Shown: positions 12,331 through 25,712, counted from the stretch's first letter. The stretch is DNA of 56,699 nucleotides from Scyliorhinus canicula (GCF_902713615.1 NW_024056007.1:62001-118699), one strand, 5' to 3'. The notes: a model not told the origin generated them from the letters alone. Made by a program: numbers and translations.

Positions 12331-14490
12331 CATAAGAACATAAGAACATAAAAACTAGGAGCAGGAGTAGGCCATCTGGCCCCTCGAGCCTGCTCCGCCA
12401 TTCAATTAGATCATGGCTGATCTTTGTGGACTCAGCTCCACTTTCCGGCCCGAACACCATAACCCTTAATCCCTTTATTCTTCAAAAAACTATCTATCTT
12501 TACCTTAAAAACATGTAATGAAGGAGCCTCAACTGCTTCACTGGGCAAGGAATTCCATAGATTCACAACCCTTTGGGTGAAGAAGTTCCTCCTAAACTCA
12601 GTCCTAAATCTACTTCCCCTTATTTTGAGGCTATGTCCCCTAGTTCTGCTGTCACCCGCCAGTGGAAACAACCTGCCCGCATCTATCCTATCTATTTCCT
12701 TCATAATTTTAAATGTTTCTATAAGATCCCCCCTCATCCTTCTATATTCCAACGAGTACAGTCCCAGTCTACTCAACCTCTCCTCATAATCCAACCCCTT
12801 CAGCTCTGGGATTAACCTAGTGAATCTCCTCTGCACACCCTCCAGCGCCAGTACGTCCTTTCTCAAGTAAGGAGACCAAAACTGAACACAATACTCCAGG
12901 TGTGGCCGCACCAACACCTTATACAATTGCAACATTACCTCCCTAGTCTTAAACTCCATCCCTCTAGCAATGAAGGACAAAATTCCATTTGCCTTCTTAA
13001 TCACCTGTTGCACTTGTAAACCAACCTTCTGTGACTCATGCACTAGCACACCCAAGTCTCTCTGAACAGCGGCATGCTTTAATATTTTATCGTTTAAATA
13101 ATAATCCCGTTTGCTGTTATTCCTACCAAAATGGATAACCTCACATTTGTCAACATTGTATTCCATCTGCCAGACCCGAGCCCATTCACTTAACCTATCC
13201 AAATCCCTCTGCAGACTTCCAGTATCCTCTGCACTTTTCGCTTTACCACTCATCTTAGTGTCATCTGCAAACTTGGACACATTGCCCTTGGTCCCCAACT
13301 CCAAATCATCAATGTAAATTGTGAACAATTGTGGGCCCAACACGGATCCCTGAGGGACACCACTAGCTACTGATTGCCAACCAGAGAAACACCCATTTAT
13401 CCCAACTCTTTGCTTTCTATTAATTAACCAATCCTCTATCCATGCTACTACTTTACCCTTAATGCCATGCATCTTTATCTTATGCAGCAACCTTTTGTGT
13501 GGCACCTTGTCAAAGGCTTTCTGGAAATCCAGATATACCACATCCATCGGCTCCCCGTTATCTATTGCACTGGTAATGTCCTCAAAAAATTCCACTAAAT
13601 TAGTTAGGCATGACCTGCCTTTTACGAACCCATGCTGCGTCTGCCCAATGGGACAATTTCTATCCAGATGCCTCGCAATTTCTTCCTTGATGATCGATTC
13701 CAGCATCTTCCCTATTACCGAAGTTAAACTCACTGGCCTATAATTTCCTGCTTTCTGTCTACCTCCTTTTTTAAACAGTGGCGTCACGTTTGCTCATTTC
13801 CAATCCACCGGGACCACCCCAGAGTCTAGTGAATTTCGGTAAATTATCAATAGTGCATCTGCAATTTTCCTAGCCATCTCTTTTAGCATTCTGGGATGCA
13901 TTCCATCAGGGCCAGGAGACTTGTCTACCTTTAGCCCCATTAACTTGCCCATCACTCCCTCCTTAGTGATAACAATCCTCTCAACGTTCTCACCTGTCAT
14001 AGCCTCATTTCTATCAGTCGCTGGCATGTTATTTGTGTCTTCCACTGTGAAAACCGACCCAAAAAACCTGTTCAGTTCCTCAGCCATTTCTTCATTTCCC
14101 ATTATTAAAACTCCCTTCTCATCCTCTAAAGGACCAATATTTACCTTAGCCACTCTTTTTTGTCTTATATATTTGTAAAAACTTTTACTGTCTGTTTTTA
14201 TATTCTGAGCAAGTTTACTCTCATACTCTATCTTACTCTTCTTTATAGCTTTTTTAGTAGCTTTCTGTTGCCCCCTAAAGATTTCCCAGTCCTCTAATCT
14301 CCCAGCAATCTTTGCCACTTTATATGCTTTTTCCTTCAATTTGATACTCTCCCTTATTTCCTTAGATATCCACGGTCTATTTTCCCTCTTTCTTCCGTCC
14401 TTCCTTTTGTTGGTATAAACCTTTGCTGAGCACTGTGAAAAATCGCTTGGAAGGTTCTCCACTGTTCCTCAACTGCTCCACCATAAAGTC
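12331..14490 (-). mobile_element. Young 5'-truncated CR1 LINE, RT nearly intact
   Basis: ORF 12432-13787 ([25 protein letters not shown]) continues in frame with ORF 13794-14462 across one TGA; (cataagaa)n 3' tail. Confidence 0.95.
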
Positions 14491-14571
14491 CTCTTAGTAA
14501 GCAAGTGTGATTTCATACTTTATCTACTTTACACCATATTAATAGTCCTTAACTTGATCATGAAGCACCGT

Positions 14572-15470
14572 TTAACTAAAGCAACTGGTGAAAATGGCGA
14601 AGGGAAAAGTGAGCAACTTCTTCAGCTCATTTCAGAACTTGGTCTGCGCTACTGCATAGATGAAGGTGTTTTTGCAGGAACTGAGTAACTGAAGCATGTT
14701 GGTCGTTTCTTGAAAGATGAAGTGTGGGTCATTGAAATCCAGACCCGTGAAGTAGGCATCACCTGTAACCCGAAGGTATAGGAAATGTCCAACATATGTG
14801 ACCCACAGGAGGAGGAAGTTGAGCGAGATGGCGAAGAGCAGGACAATCGACTTCTTCCGGTTGGCTTTCTCTGCATCTTCATCTCTCGGAGCCCTTCAGC
14901 CTCCTGCGGGCACTGCTGGCCTCTACAATGTGCCTTACAGTCAGGTCGTTGAGCATCAGAACGGAGAAGAACGGAAGAAAGGGGGTTAATATGTGGTCGA
15001 GCCAGTCATAAGCTTGTCACGATGAGATAGCGTAATAGCTGGAATTAATATCACAGAACCAGGGAATATCGTCCAATATGTACAAGGGCTGGTAGCGGAA
15101 GTAATAAGGGATGTTCTTGACGTAGCTCAAGGTAATGACCATTCCTATGACCAGCAGTGCAGTTTTCTCGGTGCAGTATCGGGTCTTCAGTCTCTGACAG
15201 CAGATGGATACAAAACGGTCGAATGTGAAGGCCACGGTCAGCCATACTGAACCAGCACGGGTCGCATACACGAGCACGGTGCTGACAGCGCATCCGGGGG
15301 TGGTCGATAGGACTCTGTATATAAAGTAAATGCCACCAATCCGGTTGAGGATAACAGCGGTGACCATGCCAAGGAAATCAGTCACTGCTATCGCTACCAG
15401 GTAGTACGTGATACACCGAGAGAGTCCGCACCGTCCTCGGGATAGGATGATGATCGCCATCAAGTTGGCT
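14572..15470 (-). pseudogene. GPR139/GPR142-like class A GPCR, main exon, disrupted
   Basis: ttacag acceptor then ANLMAIIILSRGRCGLSRCITYYLVAIAVTD...VAFTFDRFVSICC; frameshift near 15020, further frameshift/stop, TM7 NTFIYAVAQTKF*; first exon not found. Confidence 0.8.
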
Positions 15471-15980
15471 GTAATAGAGAAAAGAGAGAGGCGTCACTGA
15501 GCAGACTCCAAAAACCAGCGACTCCCTGATCCATTCAGCTACTGAAACCCTCCTGACCTGTCCATTTCGCACCTCCAGATTTCAATTATTCCAAAACCAT
15601 TACTACTTGATGCAAATCCAACGCTGGATTAAACGTTTGTCAATTCATAAAATATCACAATCAGTCCCTGCAACAAACTCCGCTCTCTGGTCACTGGGTC
15701 CATTCCCGTGGCTGGCCATCCTCTAAAGTTAGAGACCATTTACAATATTCAAGTCTTGTTTGACGGTGGGCTGAACTTCCAAACGCCCACATTCCCAAAC
15801 CGACCATAAGCACCGACACTGCAAACTTCGACATTTCTCCACAGCCCATTGTATCGCCGGTCTGAAAGTCTGCCTTATTTACCACTTTCATATGTCTACA
15901 TTCACGAAGATTGTAATAGTTTTTGGGTGGTCCCTCCCAATTTGCATCACCAGTGAACTCAACTGAAAGGGACGGCACGG

Positions 15981-16305
15981 TAGCATAGTGGTTAGTATAG
16001 TTGCTTCACAGATCCAGGGTCTCAGGTTCCATTCGCGGCTTGGGTCACTGTCTGTGCAGTTTTCACACTCTTCTCGTGTCTGCGTGGGTCTCCTCCGGGT
16101 GCTCCGGGTTCCTCCTACAAAGATGTGCAGGTTAGGTGGGTTGGCCATGCTAAATTGCCCTTTCGTGTCCAGGAAGGTTGGGTGCGGTTACTGGGTTACG
16201 GAGATACGGTGGACGTGTGGGCTTGGGTGGGGTGCTCTTTCCAAGGGCCGGTGCAGACTCGATGAGCCGAATGGCCTCCTTCCGCACTGTAAATGCTATG
16301 ATTCA
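15981..16305 (+). mobile_element. HE1/V-SINE-like SINE
   Basis: Full head-core-tail. Confidence 0.85.
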
Positions 16306-16344
16306 ATGATCCAAAACTGTTGTTCCCAATGATTAAATCATAAC

Positions 16345-16670
16345 ACATCCCGTTGAACCATTACAAATGTGCTGCCTTCGATCACAGCGCCAGGGCCCCG
16401 GGTTCAATTCTGACCTTGGGTTACTGTCTGTGGACTTTTTACTTTCTCCCTGTGTCTGTGTGGTTTCCTTTGGTGCCTCCCACAGCCCAACGATGTGCAG
16501 GTTAGGTGGATTGGCTATTCTAAATTGCCCCATAGTGTCTAAAACAGATGTGTATGTTAGGTGAGGCTAGGGAGTTATTGGGGAAGCGCAGGGGACTGAG
16601 CCTGGGCACAGTACTCTTTTCAGAGCTTGGTGCAGGTTCGAATAGCCTCCATTTTGCACTGATTCTATGA
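16345..16670 (+). mobile_element. HE1/V-SINE-like SINE, 5' truncated
   Basis: Core and tail match the adjacent copy. Confidence 0.75.
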
Positions 16671-16749
16671 TTGCCTAACAAAGCCTCTATTTCAGCATTC
16701 TCTCGATTGTTTCAATTGCCTCGTTAGCCTTATTAGATTAGTCCCTCCC

Positions 16750-17420
16750 CATTCCTGTTCCATCCTGCAGCCCAATAACGATATGTAGCAAATGTGTTGC
16801 ACTGTTTAACAATATAACGTCCGTACAATGCTAAATATTATAACTCATATTTCTGCAGTCTAATAAACAATTGTTCTATTATTGTGATGGGTAATTTATT
16901 GATAATTTATTGTCCTGCTCTGTAATACAAAATTAGGTGATGCACTCTAATATATCGTAATGCAATAAACCTTTCAGTATCTGACATATTGTGCTTTTAG
17001 TTGACGGATACGTTGACGTGGTTTGCGAATTTCTAAGTGTTCTGGTGTTTAGTGCTGCATTGATACACAAATATTGAAATATATTTGCGACGAAAGAACT
17101 TGAAATAACTAATCGCAAACATAGGAGGGCGTATGAGGTCGTGCCGATCGCAGGCAAATGCTGCACCGTGTGCACATTGCAGACCCATTTGTTTATCCTC
17201 GGAACCATACATACTGAAAGTTCCTTCAGATTTTCCAGTATGAATTTAAAGTTTCTAGTGAAGAAACAATTGATACCTGGCTGGTAGAATAGCAATTCCC
17301 ATAACATTGGGGCAAGTAATTACCAAGACATGACTCATAAGCAATAGCAACAAGTGCAGTAAAAATGGAGGTACGATCCATAAAATCTAGAAATGAACAT
17401 TTTTCGGACAATGGGCTGTG
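16750..17420 (-). pseudogene. Possible heavily decayed class A GPCR
   Basis: SIFTALVAIAYE resembles the TM3 end; hydrophobic TM5/TM6-like stretches; QHICY lies where NPxxY would be expected. Confidence 0.25.
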
Positions 17421-17852
17421 CAGGCAAAATTACTGAATATATTTAAGAAGGAAATAGAACACTAAATGTGTCAAAATCTGTGGAAAATGTGCTGGGGTAT
17501 AGTTTGATAGAGAACCCATTGTGATCACGTTGGATGGAGGAACCGGCTCGAAGGGCCGAATGGCCGAATGGCCTTCTCCTACTACTATCTAAAATGTTTT
17601 TATATTTCGATGATGCACGATTCTGTGTGGTAATACCTGAGATTGCACCTCGTAAAATACAGAGGCACTGTCAAGCTTAGTCTATCATTTCGTTGTAGTA
17701 GGTGCATTCTCATTTACTGCTGCAACACACCATGTCACCATTCATACAGCACTTGATTTGGCCACTGTTTATACTACACTGTGTTATGTTGTTGTTAATA
17801 CTCCACGAGGGAGGGACTTCCGGTTGCGGCTATGACTAGCTAAGTCGCACGT

Positions 17853-18809
17853 TTGGCGGCTCCTGCTACAAAGGTGTTTTCGGGCCGACTGGAGGGCCCC
17901 AACGGCGCTGGAAGGACAAATCCCGGTGGGGGAAGGCTCCCTGAGGAGAACCAGTCCAACTTTATGGTCGGTACCCGGAGTGGGGTGGCAAAGAAAGCAA
18001 CAGCAGCTCCCCAAAAAAAGCGGGGGAAGAAGACCAAAATGGCGGCCGGTGGCGCACCCGAGGAATGGAGGAAATGGGCGGAGGAGCAGCAGGCCACTCT
18101 CCTGCGCTTCTTTACGGAGCTGAAAGTGGAGCTCCTGGAGTCAATGAATGCGACGACCACCAGGCTGATGGGAGCCCAGGCGACCCAAGAGGCGTCGATT
18201 CGGGAGCTGCAGCAGGAAATGACTGCGAGGGAGGAGGAGGCCACGGTCCTCGTGGGAAAGGTAGAGGTGCACGAGGCACTCCACCTGAAATGGCAGAGCC
18301 GTTTTGAGGAGCTGGATACCCGAATGAGGCGGAAGAACCTGAGGATCTTGGGCCTGGCAGAAGGCCTGGAGGGGTCAGACCTCCCGGGATACGTAGCAGA
18401 AATGCTGAGCTCCCTGATGGGGGCAGGGGCCGTCCCTTCGCCCCTGGAGCTGGAAGAGGCCTACAGGGTCATGGCTAGGAAGCCAAGAGCAAATGAGCCC
18501 CCGAGGGCGGTGCTGGTGCGGTTCCAGCGACTCAGCGATCGTGAGAGAGTGCTGGAGTGGGCCAAGAGGGAAAGGAGCAGCAAGTGGGAGAACTCGACGG
18601 TGAGGGTGTACCAGGACTGGAGTGCGGAGGTGGCAAAGCGGCGGGCCCGGTACAACCGGACGAAGGCGGTGCTGCATACAAAACGGATCAGGTTCGGAAT
18701 GCTGCAGCCAGCGCGCTTGTGGGTCACCTACAAGAACCAACACCACTATTTTGAGTCCCCAGAGGAGGCGTGGGCCTTTGTTCAGGAAGAGAAACTGGAC
18801 TCGAATTAG
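17853..18809 (+). CDS. L1 ORF1p (coiled coil, RRM and CTD; first ATGs at 17964 and 18039)
   Basis: RRKNLRILGLAEG, PRAVLVRF, VRVYQDWSAEVAKRR, FGMLQPARLWVT motifs; frame open. Confidence 0.9.
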   Translation: MAAPATKVFSGRLEGPNGAGRTNPGGGRLPEENQSNFMVGTRSGVAKKATAAPQKKRGKKTKMAAGGAPEEWRKWAEEQQATLLRFFTELKVELLESMNATTTRLMGAQATQEASIRELQQEMTAREEEATVLVGKVEVHEALHLKWQSRFEELDTRMRRKNLRILGLAEGLEGSDLPGYVAEMLSSLMGAGAVPSPLELEEAYRVMARKPRANEPPRAVLVRFQRLSDRERVLEWAKRERSSKWENSTVRVYQDWSAEVAKRRARYNRTKAVLHTKRIRFGMLQPARLWVTYKNQHHYFESPEEAWAFVQEEKLDSN

Positions 18810-19652
18810 ACCCAGGGGATACTTGGCGGCCGTAGCCGCTTGGGTACTTTCAGCTGAACAAGCGGTTCTTTTTCGGCTGGGTCGGAACTGGGCAACCCTT
18901 ATTGGAACGGTTTCCCTTTTTTTTTTCTCTTTCTTTGTTTGGATCTTGAACTCTTGCTTTGGTTTTTCGTCTGATGTTTTTCCCCCCCTTTGCCAACTTC
19001 CCTTAGTTATTGTTATTGTGGTTATTCATGGTTATTTATGGTTATTTATAGTGTTTGGTAGAGGGCGACTGTTGAGTACATTGTTATTTGTTATCTATCT
19101 GTTATTTATAATGTTAAGTTGGGGAGGCGGGACGGGGGGGGAGAGCAGATCGGGGATATGGGCTCCTAGGGGGGGTTCTTTACAGGCATGGATGGGGATG
19201 GGGGTGGAACTGAAGATGGCGGGGTGGGGTGTGGCAGGGCGAAAGCGCGGGCTTTCCTCTGTTTTCCCGCGCGTGGGGCAGAGGAGGGGGGAGGGGAGGA
19301 GCACGGGGCGTGGCTAGCAATGGCGACCTTTCCCGCGTTGGAGCGGGGTCAGGGAGGAGTGGCAAGCGGGGGGAGGCCCCCCCCCCCCCGAGCCGGGAGG
19401 AGTCGGAGTGTGGCAGGAGCAGCCGGGTCAGCGTAAACTAGCTGACTTATGGGAGTACGATGGAGGGTACATCGCTGGCTAGGAGGGGTCCTAGCCTGGG
19501 GGGGGGGGAGGGGGCTAGGGGGGACACCGGGTTGCTGCTGGAAAGACCAGGAACGGGAAGTGGAGGACTGGAGGGGTGGGGGGAGGGGGCCATCGCCGTG
19601 GGGGGGCGGGTCAGAGGGGGAGGGTCGACCCGGGGCGAGCAGGGAACAGGAC

Positions 19653-22600
19653 ATGGCTAATCGGCAGGGGAAGGGGGCGGGTCGTCCCGTGACCCGGCTG
19701 ATCACTTGGAACGTGAGGGGCTGAATGGGCCGGTCAAGAGATCAAGGGTATTCTCACACCTGAAGGGACTGAAGGCTGATGTAGCAATGTTACAGGAGAC
19801 CCATTTGAAGGTAGTGGACCAGGTTCGCCTGAGAAGGGGGTGGGTGGGACAGGTGTTCCACTCTGGATTGGACGCAAAGAACCGGGGGGGTGGCGATTCT
19901 GGTGGGAAAGAGGGTGTCGTTCGTGGCGGAGGAGGTGGTGGCGGATAAGGAGGGTAGGTATGTGATGGTGAAGGGTAAGCTGCAGGGGGAGAAAGTGGTG
20001 ATGGTCAACGTATATGCCCCGAACTGGGATGACGCGGGTTTTATGAGGCGCCTATTGGGCCTCATTCCGGGACTGGAGGCAGGGGGCTTGATCATGGGGG
20101 GGGGACTTTAACACAGTGCTGGACCCCGGGCTAGACAGATCGAGCTCAAGGACCAATAGGAGGCCGGCAGCGGCAGAAGTGCTGAGGGGGTACATGGAGG
20201 CAGATGGGAGGAGTAGACCCATGGAGGTTTGGTAGGCCGAGGGCGAGGGAGTATTCCTTTTTCTCCCACGTCCATAGAGTGTACTCCAGAATCGATTTCT
20301 TCGTGTTGAGCAGGGGACTGATCCCGAGGGTACGGGAAGCTGAGTACTCGGCCATTGCGATCTCTGATCATGCACCACATTGGGTGGATGTGGAAATGGG
20401 GGAGGCGCGGGACCAGCGCCCGCTGTGGCGGCTGGATGTGGGGCTGTTAGCGGACGACGAGGTGTGTAAAAGGGTCCGGAAGAGCATTGAGAGCTATCTG
20501 GACTTGAATGACACGGGTGAGGTGCAGGTGGGGATGGTCTGGGAGGCCCTGAAGGCAGTGATCAGGGGAGAGCTGATCTCCATAAGGGCACACAGAGAAA
20601 GAAAGGAGAGGCAGGAGAGGGAGAGGCTGGTGGGGGAGCTATTGGAAGTGGATAGGAGATATGCGGAGGCACCAGAGGAGGGGCTGCTGGGAGAACGGCG
20701 CAGCCTGCAGGCCAAGTTCGACCTGCTGACCACCAGGAAGGCAGAGACGCAGTGGAGAAGGGCGCAGGGCGCGGTCTATGAGTATGGGGAAAAGGCGAGC
20801 AGGATGCTGGCACACCAGCTTCGCAAACGAGATGCGGCTAGGGAGATTGGGGGAGTGAAGGAGAGGGGCGGGAAGGTAGTGCAGAAGGGGCAAGAAGTGA
20901 ACGGGGTCTTCAGAGATTTTTACAAGGAGTTGTATCGGTCTGAGCCGCCGACGAGGAGAGGGGGAATGGAGGACTTCCTAAACAAATTGAGGTTCCCAAG
21001 GGTCCAGGAGGGGCTGGTAGAAGGGCTGGGGGCGCCAATAGGGCTAGAGGAGCTAGTCAAGGGAATAGGTCAGATGCAGGCGGGGAAGGCGCCGGGGCCA
21101 GATGGGTTCCCGGTGGAATTCTATAAGAAAAATGTGGACTTGGTGGGACCGGTACTGGTACGAGCCTTTAATGAGGCGCGAGAGGGGGGGGGTTCTGCCC
21201 CCGACAATGTCGCAGGCTCTGATCTCCCTGATATTGAAGCGGGATAAAGACCCCATGCAGTGCGGGTCCTACAGGCCTATCTCGCTTCTGAACGTGGATG
21301 CCAAGTTGCTGGCAAAGATCCTGGCAGCTAGAATAGAGGATTGTGTGCCAGGGGTAATCCATGAGGACCAGACGGGGTTCGTGAAGGGGCGGCAGCTCAA
21401 CACGAACGTGCGGAGATTGCTGAATGTAATTATGATGCCGGCAGTGGAGGGGGAGGCTGAGATAGTGGTAGCGCTGGACGCGGAGAAGGCATTCGATAGG
21501 GTGGAGTGGGGGTACCTGTGGGAGACGTTGGAATGGTTTGGGTTTGGGGAAGGGTTTATTAAGTGGGTGAAGTTGCTCTACTCGGCCCCGACGGCGAGTG
21601 TAGTGACAAACGGGAGGAGGTCGGAGTATTTCGGGCTCCACCGAGGGACCAGGCAGGGATGTCCCCTATGCCCCTTACTTTTCGCACTGGCGATTGAACC
21701 GTTGGCGATGGCACTGAGGGGTTCAGGGGGGTGGAGAGGACTGACTAGGGGAGGGGAGGAACATCGGGTATCGCTGTATGCGGATGATCTACTGCTGTAC
21801 GTGGCAGACCCAGAAGGGGGAATGCCGGAGATAATGGAACTATTAGCAGAGTTTGGGGACTTTTCGGGGTACAAACTAAATTTGGGCAAAAAGCGAGGTT
21901 TTGTGATACACCCGGGGGACCAGGGAGAGGGTATTGGGAGACTCCCCTTCAAGCGAGCAGGAAAGAGCTTTAGGTACTTAGGGGTGCAGGTGGCAAGGAA
22001 CTGGGGGACCCTCCACAAGTTGAACTTTTCCAGGCTGGTGGAACAGATGGAGGAGGAATTTAAGAGGTGGGACATGGTACCGCTGTCGCTGGCGGGGAGG
22101 GTGCAGTCAATCAAAATGACGGTCCTCCCAAGGTTCTTGTTTCTATTTCAGTGCTTGCCCATCTTCCTCCCTAGGGCCTTCTTCAAAAAGGTGAAGAGTA
22201 GCATCATGAGCTACGTGTGGGCGCACGGCACCCCAAGGGTGAGGAGGGTCTTTTTGGAGTGGAGTAGGGACAGTGGAGGGCTGGCACTACCCAATCTCTC
22301 GGGGTATTACTGGGCGGCAAATGTGTCAATGGTGCGCAAGTGGATGATGGAAGGGGAGGGGGGCAGCTTGGAAACGAATGGAGAGGGCGTCCTGTGGCAA
22401 CACAAGCCTGGGGGCCCTAGTAACGGCACCATGGCCGCTCCCCCCCACGAGGTACACCACGAGCCCGGTGGTGGCGGCCACCCTCAAGATATGGGGGCAG
22501 TGGAGGCGACACAGGGGGGAAATGGGAGGTCTGTTGGCGGCGCCAATAAGAGGGAACCATAGATTCATCCCGGGGAACATCGACGGGGGATTTCAGAGCT

Positions 22601-23455
22601 GGTACAGGGTGGGCATACGGCAGCTGAAGGACCTGTTTATAGAGGGGAGGTTTGCGAGCCTGGGAGGGCTGGAGGAGAAGTTTGAGCTCCCCCCGGGAAA
22701 CATGTTCAGATATTTACAAGTGAAGGCATTTGCTAGGCGGCAGGTGGGGGGGGGGGGGGGTTCCCCCTGCTCCCCAGTAAGGGGGCGAGTGATAGGGTGC
22801 TCTCGGGGGTCTGGGTCGGAGGGGGGAAGATATCAGACATCTACAAGATAATGCAGGAGGCGGAAGAAGCATCAGGGAGAGGAGCTGATAGCCAAGTGGG
22901 AAGGGGAGCTGGGAGAGCAGATAGAAGACGGGACGTGGGCGGATGCACTGGAGAGGTCAATTCTTCCTCCTCGTGTGCGAGGCTGAGCCTCATTCAATTT
23001 AAGGTGCGCATAGAGCTCACATGACGGGGACAAGGATGAGCCGGTTCTTTGGGGGTGAGGACAGGTGTTTCAGATGTCTGGGAAGCCCAGCGAACCATGT
23101 GCATATGTTCTGGGCATGTCCGGTGCTGGAAGGGTTCTGGAAGGGGGTGGCAAGGACGGTGTCGAAGGTGGTGGGGTCCAGGGTCAAACCAGGATGGGGG
23201 CTTGCGATCTTTGGGGTCGGGGGTAGAACCGGGGGTACAGGAGGCTAGGGAGGCCGGAATACTGGCCTTTGCGTCCCTAGTGGCTCGACGAAGGATACTA
23301 ATTCAATGGAAGGACGCAAGGCCTCCAAGCGTTTGAAAACTTGGATTAACGATATGGCTAGCTATATTCGGCTAGAAAGGATCAAATTGGCCCTGAGAGG
23401 GTCGGTACAGGGATTTTCCAGGCGGTGCAACCTTTCCTTGACTTTTTAGATCAGA
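19653..23455 (+). pseudogene. L1 ORF2p (APE endonuclease, RT, Cys-rich), frameshifted as assembled
   Basis: LITWNVRG, LQETH, SRIDFF, SDHAP, LDAEKAFDRV, GTRQGCP, LYADD, CFRC..HMFWACP across several frames. Confidence 0.9.
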
Positions 23456-23869
23456 GATAGGCGTTCGGGGTCGTGGCAGCAGCAACCCGGGGGGGGGGAG
23501 GGGAGGGGAGGGGGGGGGGGGGGGAGGGGAGGCGGAGGGGGGGGGGGCCCAGCAATTGGCCGGGGGGGTGGCCATGCACGACTGTAACGCGGGCAAGTCT
23601 GCTCGTTGCTCATGTCTGAACTGTAGGCTGCCTTTTTTGTTTAAGTTGTTGCTTGGGGGGGGGGGGGGGGGGTGGGGGGGAGGAATGGTGCGCGCGAGAG
23701 GGCGGGCGAGGGAGGGATATTTGCCTAGAGGGACTGTGTTGTAACTAATCTAAAAAATTAGTAGGGGTAAATGTCTGTAGGAAAAACATCTTTCAATAAT
23801 AAAATTATTTAAAAAAAAAAAAAAATACTCCACGAGGGAGGCATGGTGGTGACAAGATTTAATGCAATA

Positions 23870-24070
23870 TAAAAATGCATATGGTCTCGTGGACATTTTT
23901 ATTAATTTTTCCAATTAAATGGTAATTTAGCGTGGCCAATTCACCTATCCTGCACATCTTTGAGTGGTGGGGATACACCCACGCAGACACGGGAAGTGAC
24001 CCCGGCGGTTCGAACCCAGGTCCTCGGCGCCGTGAAGTAGCAGTGCTAACCACTGCGCCAGCGTGCCACC
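23870..24070 (-). mobile_element. V-SINE-like SINE
   Basis: Same family as 2999-3226. Confidence 0.75.
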
Positions 24071-24129
24071 CTCGTGGAGTATCAATAACAATTGTCCACC
24101 ACGACACCCAGGTCTCGTTGCACTTCCTG

Positions 24130-24960
24130 TTGTCCTAAACTGCCACCATTCTGAGAATAATCTGCCTTCCTGTTTTTTGCCACCAAGGAGGGTAATCTCA
24201 CATGCACAGTCGTTGAAGGTTGGCATGCAGGTGCAGTAGGCGATGCTATGCTGGCCCTCAGATAGGGAGGGTTGAGCATTGGAGATGGGATGGGCTTTCT
24301 ACCGTTATAAGGAGCCTTGGTGAGGCCACACCTTGAGTATTGTGTGTAGTTTTAGTCTCCTAGTTTGAGGAAGGACATTCTTGCTTTTGAGCGTGTCCAG
24401 CGAAGGTTCACCAGAATAATTTCCGGGATGGCAGGCTGATATATGAAGAAAGACTGGATCGGCTGTGCTTGTACCCACTGGAGTTCAGAAACGATGAGAG
24501 GGATCGCATAGAAACATATAAAATCCTGATAGGACTGCACGGGCTAGATGCAGGAAGAATGTTCCCGATGTTGTGGACGTCCAGAACTAGGAGTCACAGC
24601 CTAAGAATAAGGAGGTTAGCCATTCAGGACTGAAGATGAGGAAGAACTTCTTCTCTCAGAGAGTTGTGAACTTGTGGAATTATCTACCACAGAATGCCGT
24701 TGGGGCCAATTCGTTGGATATATTCAAGAGGGAGCTGGACGTGGCCCTTGCGGCTAAAGGGGCTGGTTTAGCACAGCTGGCTTGTAATGCAGAATAATTC
24801 AGCAGCGGCGGGTCCAATTCCCGTACCAGCCTCCCAGAACACGCGCCGGAACGTGGCGATGAGGGGCTTTTAACAGTAACTTCATTGAAGCCTACTTGTG
24901 TCAATAAGCCATTATTATTATTATTAAAGGGATCAAGGGGTATGGACAGAAAGTGGGAGT
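24130..24960 (+). mobile_element. CR1 3' fragment with nested SINE (about 24760-24928, taaaggg TSD)
   Basis: RPHLEYC-type motifs; insert gggctggtttagcacag...(tta)n flanked by taaaggg. Confidence 0.75.
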
Positions 24961-25392
24961 GTGAGACTGCATTTGCATTTATCAGCCATAAACATTTGAA
25001 AGTGGGTGCAGGGCGCGAACAACCGAATGGCCGACTCCTGCACCTGTTACTATGTTTCTATGTGATATATATTAGTAAGCGAACAAATGCAGATATGAAG
25101 TAGAAGAAATTTAAACACAGGTTTGTGAGAACATGGAACCTGTTGCCACATGGAGCTTGGAACAGAGAGCATTGAGACATTTATGGAAAGACTTGGAAAT
25201 ACTGGAAAGAGAACAGAATTGATCGACACAGGGAGCTGGATGGGAAATGGTCAGTTAGATATCAGGCGGGAGGGGACAGTCTGGTCTGGAGTAGACGCGC
25301 AGATACAATTTAGTTGGGCCGAATGGTCCATTTCCTCTTCCGCAATTTCTATACTATGTAACCGCAGAGAATACTGCACACAGAGATCCATG

Positions 25393-25712
25393 GAGAGAAT
25401 CAGTCGTGGGCGGAAATAATTGTAATTGTCAGAGAGCCGTAAGAGGCAGTTTCCCAGTAAGTAACAGTAAAACCCACTGCGGAAACTGAGCAGACTGAAC
25501 CCAACCGACAACTGTGAGATTTTGGACAAGTCCCACGCTGTAGAGAAACACAACAGCACAAAATAAATTTAGAAAAAAATCGAACCTAACAGTAAATACA
25601 TAAATTTAAAGAGAAACGGAGAAAAAAATTTTATTCATTGAAGAAAGTAGACACATGGATGAAAAGATAATCAGAAACCGGGAAATGTTAAACAGTGATT
25701 GACCTCTGACCA
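25393..25712 (+). repeat. About 320-bp element, inverted copy at 28507-28835
   Basis: Shared blocks ctgcggaaactga.ca.actgaacccaaccgacaa and gatgaaaaga.aatcagaaa-ccgggaaatgttaaac, ending in tgacctctgacca. Confidence 0.8.

Larger units (their letters stand above)
17815..23823 (+). mobile_element. Near full-length L1-clade LINE with poly(A) and 18-bp TSD
   Basis: aatactccacgagggagg at 17797-17814 and 23824-23841; ORF1, APE-RT-Cys ORF2, aataa and A-tail at about 23795-23823. Confidence 0.95.

Noticed and set aside
17784-23744. Many antisense and alternate-frame ORFs inside the L1
   Set aside because: Expected by-products of GC-rich coding sequence; no recognisable motifs.
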